Below are positions 60,915 through 64,000 of a stretch of 64,000 nt of DNA, piece after piece. The notes below the pieces were generated by a model. That model ran no database searches. It worked only from the letters and a program-made list of their open reading frames with translations, and was not told the DNA's origin. The stretch comes from Macrostomum lignano. Taxonomy: Eukaryota. Every line of letters starts with the position of its first letter. Position 1 is the stretch's first letter. The DNA lies in contig NIVC01000679.1 of the NCBI GenBank assembly GCA_002269645.1, positions 186,001 to 250,000 on the forward strand, written 5' to 3'. A program made the position numbers and the translations under genes.

Positions 60915-61604
60915 ATCAATCAATCAATCAATCAATACAGCTATATAAGAAGAGGCAAGACATGTCAAAAAGATGACCTTTTGTGCTGAAGAAATGAAAA
61001 CCTCCAATCTCTGCAATGTATTTTGTTCGGTAAAACCTAGAAGCCACATCAAACTTTAGAAACCCACTTTAAATGTTCAACTAGCAAAGGGGGGGGGGGT
61101 GAGCATGAGCTCAGCGTATTCCGAGGTTAGCAGGTTTCGACTGTTTTTCGGTTTAGTTAAACGTACTCTGACTTAAACTGTCCATTGGGCTGTTTTTTCT
61201 CTCATTCTTTTCATTTTTATATCGTGTTTAGACAAAATCACTTACACGGGGTGTACTGTACAGTGAACCTGACTTAGAATACGTGAATCGAATGAAAAAA
61301 AAAACTGTTTTATAAAGTCATTCAGCTGTTTTTCAGAAAAATGATTAATTTTGTATACCATCATGATGTTTTTATGGTATATTAAATCGCATAAATAAAT
61401 TAGTTGGTTATTATTTATGAAACAATGCAAGAAAAAATTATCAGGAGTCAGGACAGATTCGGCACAAACAGAAATTTAAGTAGGAAAACAATATTGAAGT
61501 TAATATCTATTAAAAAGGCACAGCAGTCTAAAAGATTGTAGAGCAAAACAACTTATAAAAACCGTTCAAAGAGTTCTGTGTAAATAAAGTAGACAACAAG
61601 CTGG

Positions 61605-63420
61605 TCAGTAGCGTTTGCCGAGCTGCAGCGGATACGGCGGCAGATTGGCACCAGACGGAAACTTCAGCTGTGGCGGTTTCTGAGGCGGACAAAACCCGAA
61701 CGCCTGCAGGTAAATGATGGATTTTTACAAATATAATGTAATGAAAGTTATGAAAGTCAGGGCCATGTACACCCTGAGCTCTTGCCTGCCTACGTATTCG
61801 TGTACGTGTCATGGAATAGGCATGACTGACTAGGGGGAGGGCGTAGCCCAGTGGTCCAGCGCGGGGCTCTGATGTGCCAGCGGCTCCCAGGCTCGATTTC
61901 AAGTGCAATCTAATTAATTTAGGGCTCGTGCAATTAACGGCCTTGAAGGCCAACCCCCCAAAGCACAGTGAAGTGTACATGCCTAACGATAATATAAAGT
62001 TAGGGCCGGTGTACACTCCTGTGTGAGTGTGTGCCTGTGCGTATGACTGCGTACGTATCCGCGCGCTTGTGTGCCTGCTCAGGGGAGTCGGCGGAATGGG
62101 CAGTAATGCCTCTCGCCGGTTTGTGTAACTCTTAAAATCAGCACTCACTCTGGATCCTTGACAATATTCGTAATCGTACAGCGGTGTCTGTTGCGGCGGA
62201 GGTTGAGGCGGAACGAACGCCGAGCGCATTCCACCATACGGAACAGACTGGTGCTGGTTGGCATAATTGTAGTTAAAAGAAGAGGGCGACTGTGGCTGCT
62301 GGACCTGCAGCGGCGCCGGCTGCCACTGATCGCCAATGTCGCCAGTGTAATACGAAGGATGGTGCTGAACTTGGCTAAGAAATTCTTCCGGCATCACAGG
62401 ACGACTACAATGACTTGGATCATGATAGGCATCCAGATGCTGTGGTGGATTATAATAATAATTTGAATCGTGGCCAATTTGATGCCTTAGATGGTGAAAG
62501 TCTTCATTTGACGGAGCAGCAATACTGTTAACCATGGCCTCAACAGAGCTTAGGGACGACGACTCGACCGCAGCAGTAGCAGCGGGGTTGTCGGCAACAG
62601 CCGCGGTCAAATTTCTACAGTCAACCAGAGGCGGAGGCGGCGGCAGCACCTGAACATTTGGTGCAGTTGGTGGCGACCACGCGGACGCCGTTTCCATAGC
62701 AGCGGCGGCACGAATTTTGCGCCAATTGGCACTTTTAGCTGGCAGATCTTTGAAAAGTACTTTTTTAGATTGTTTATAGAATTTTTTCGGTCTGCTTCTG
62801 GCACTAGAAGAGGACTGTATCTGCTCTCGTGGAACAAATGTGTAAATATCAGCCAGTGGTATATCTTTATCCAGCAGGCCGGCATCTTTGAGGGCTTGCA
62901 GCACTTTGTTAACCAGATGCTCATCCGGCGGAATCCAGCGCAGCTGTACCTTACCATAGGCGCCGCTTTTCCAATCCATGTACTGCGACTTGTGATTGAC
63001 GAAGCAATGCTTCGACAGGCCCTGTATGCTAGTTTTGTGCACTAGACAGAACGGACAATTGACAGACTGCTTCGCTGAGTTGGTGTTGAACTGGTAGCGA
63101 CCGAAGCAGTTAATAAAGAATGGCGAAGCACTAGCCAACATGTCGGCTGGTAGACTTTCAATGTTAAACGCGCTGCTGGATGAGCTGCTACTGGCATCCA
63201 TAACGCTGGCTATAGCGGCAGAGTATCTGCAGCGCCCTTTCACGCTTAGCTGGTGCCTTTCAAGATTGCGAGACGATACAAATGATTTGCCGCACTTGTT
63301 ACAAAAGTGGCTCTTCTTGCGAGGCTTTGGTGATAGTATCGTTACTTGTTGATGTAGCTGTTCTTGCAGCTTCTCAGTTGGCTCCATTATTAGTTCTGTC
63401 ATCTCGTTCGCTTTATTTTC
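61605..63420 (-). CDS. Pro/Gln-rich protein with two C2H2-type zinc fingers; possible further upstream exon 63913-63782
   Basis: CNKCGKSFVSSRNLERH and CPFCLVHKTSIQGLSKHCFVNH. Donor AGA|gtgagt at 62149; terminal exon 61703-61605 (AFGFCPPQKPPQLKFPSGANLPPYPLQLGKRY*); in-frame acceptor just before 63420. The 624-aa ORF in the track reads through the intron. Confidence 0.7.
61833..62125 (+). mobile_element. tRNA-derived SINE in the last intron of the zinc-finger gene
   Basis: A box TAGCCCAGTGG 61844-61854, B-box-like GGCTCGATTTC 61890-61900, then a body shared with 60630-60914. Confidence 0.72.
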
Positions 63421-64000
63421 CTAACGGATCAAAAATGTTTTCATTTCGTCGCTTATTTATTGATGCGTGGAGGCTAAAAAAGCAGAGGGAGAAGCTGACG
63501 ATCATTTTTTGCTTGAGCTCCGGCCAATGATTGCCTCTATGCCCATCCAATAAACGGGTGGGCGTTTTTCAAACCATATTTGGATAATAAGATGGAGTTT
63601 ACTGAGCTAGGAGTGGCTCTGGCTCTCAGACCCATGCGAATGTGCATCAGACTGTACCTGCTTAGCAACTTACTAACCAATTCCAATAGCTTGATTCTAG
63701 AGTCAGTAGCTCAACTCTTTTAAACAATAAACTTCCAGTTCCCATCGGTTACAAACAAAAAGCTGCCCGCCCCGACCGCACCTGCCTTCTTCTTCGCATA
63801 CGGGCGCCAAGCGTCTCTTCAACAGTTTCTGCTGGCTGTATGCGCCTGCAGGTTGAGCCACGCATCAACAACACTAAGAGCTTTTTTAACTCATCGCTTG
63901 GATGACTGCGCATATTTAATGAGAAAAATTGCCACAGCTAGCCATTGCTCTAGAAAAGCGTCAGTCTGAACAGGCAATTTCTGGTCAGCGTTTTTTTCTC

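Noticed and set aside
61833-61910. tRNA-like sequence
   Set aside because: No complete cloverleaf and continuous with a repeated body, so called a SINE head rather than a tRNA gene.

Overview
Eukaryotic (animal) genomic DNA with GC-rich exons and AT-rich or minisatellite-filled introns. The style resembles the free-living flatworm Macrostomum, but that is an inference. Spliced gene models built by hand with consistent intron phases: beta-tubulin (+, 2 exons, one 1-nt frameshift); a 15-exon ~1429-aa minus-strand gene with an acidic disordered N-terminus and several degenerate NDP-kinase-like repeats (DNAAF8/Daap1-like); PWP1 (+, 5 exons, head-to-head with it); a small secreted six-cysteine protein (-); eIF3b (+, 6 exons, 11.3-kb first intron); a decayed neprilysin/M13-like pseudogene (-); EAPP (-); and a Pro/Gln-rich C2H2 zinc-finger gene (-). 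Mobile DNA includes a 1.8-kb non-coding LTR retroelement with apparently identical LTRs, a Penelope remnant with a degenerate hammerhead, several hAT/MULE/TA-type MITEs (some nested), a deleted mariner, a Gypsy gag remnant and two copies of a tRNA-derived SINE. About 20 tandem-repeat arrays fall into a few related families. No rRNA, intact tRNA or CRISPR array was seen.
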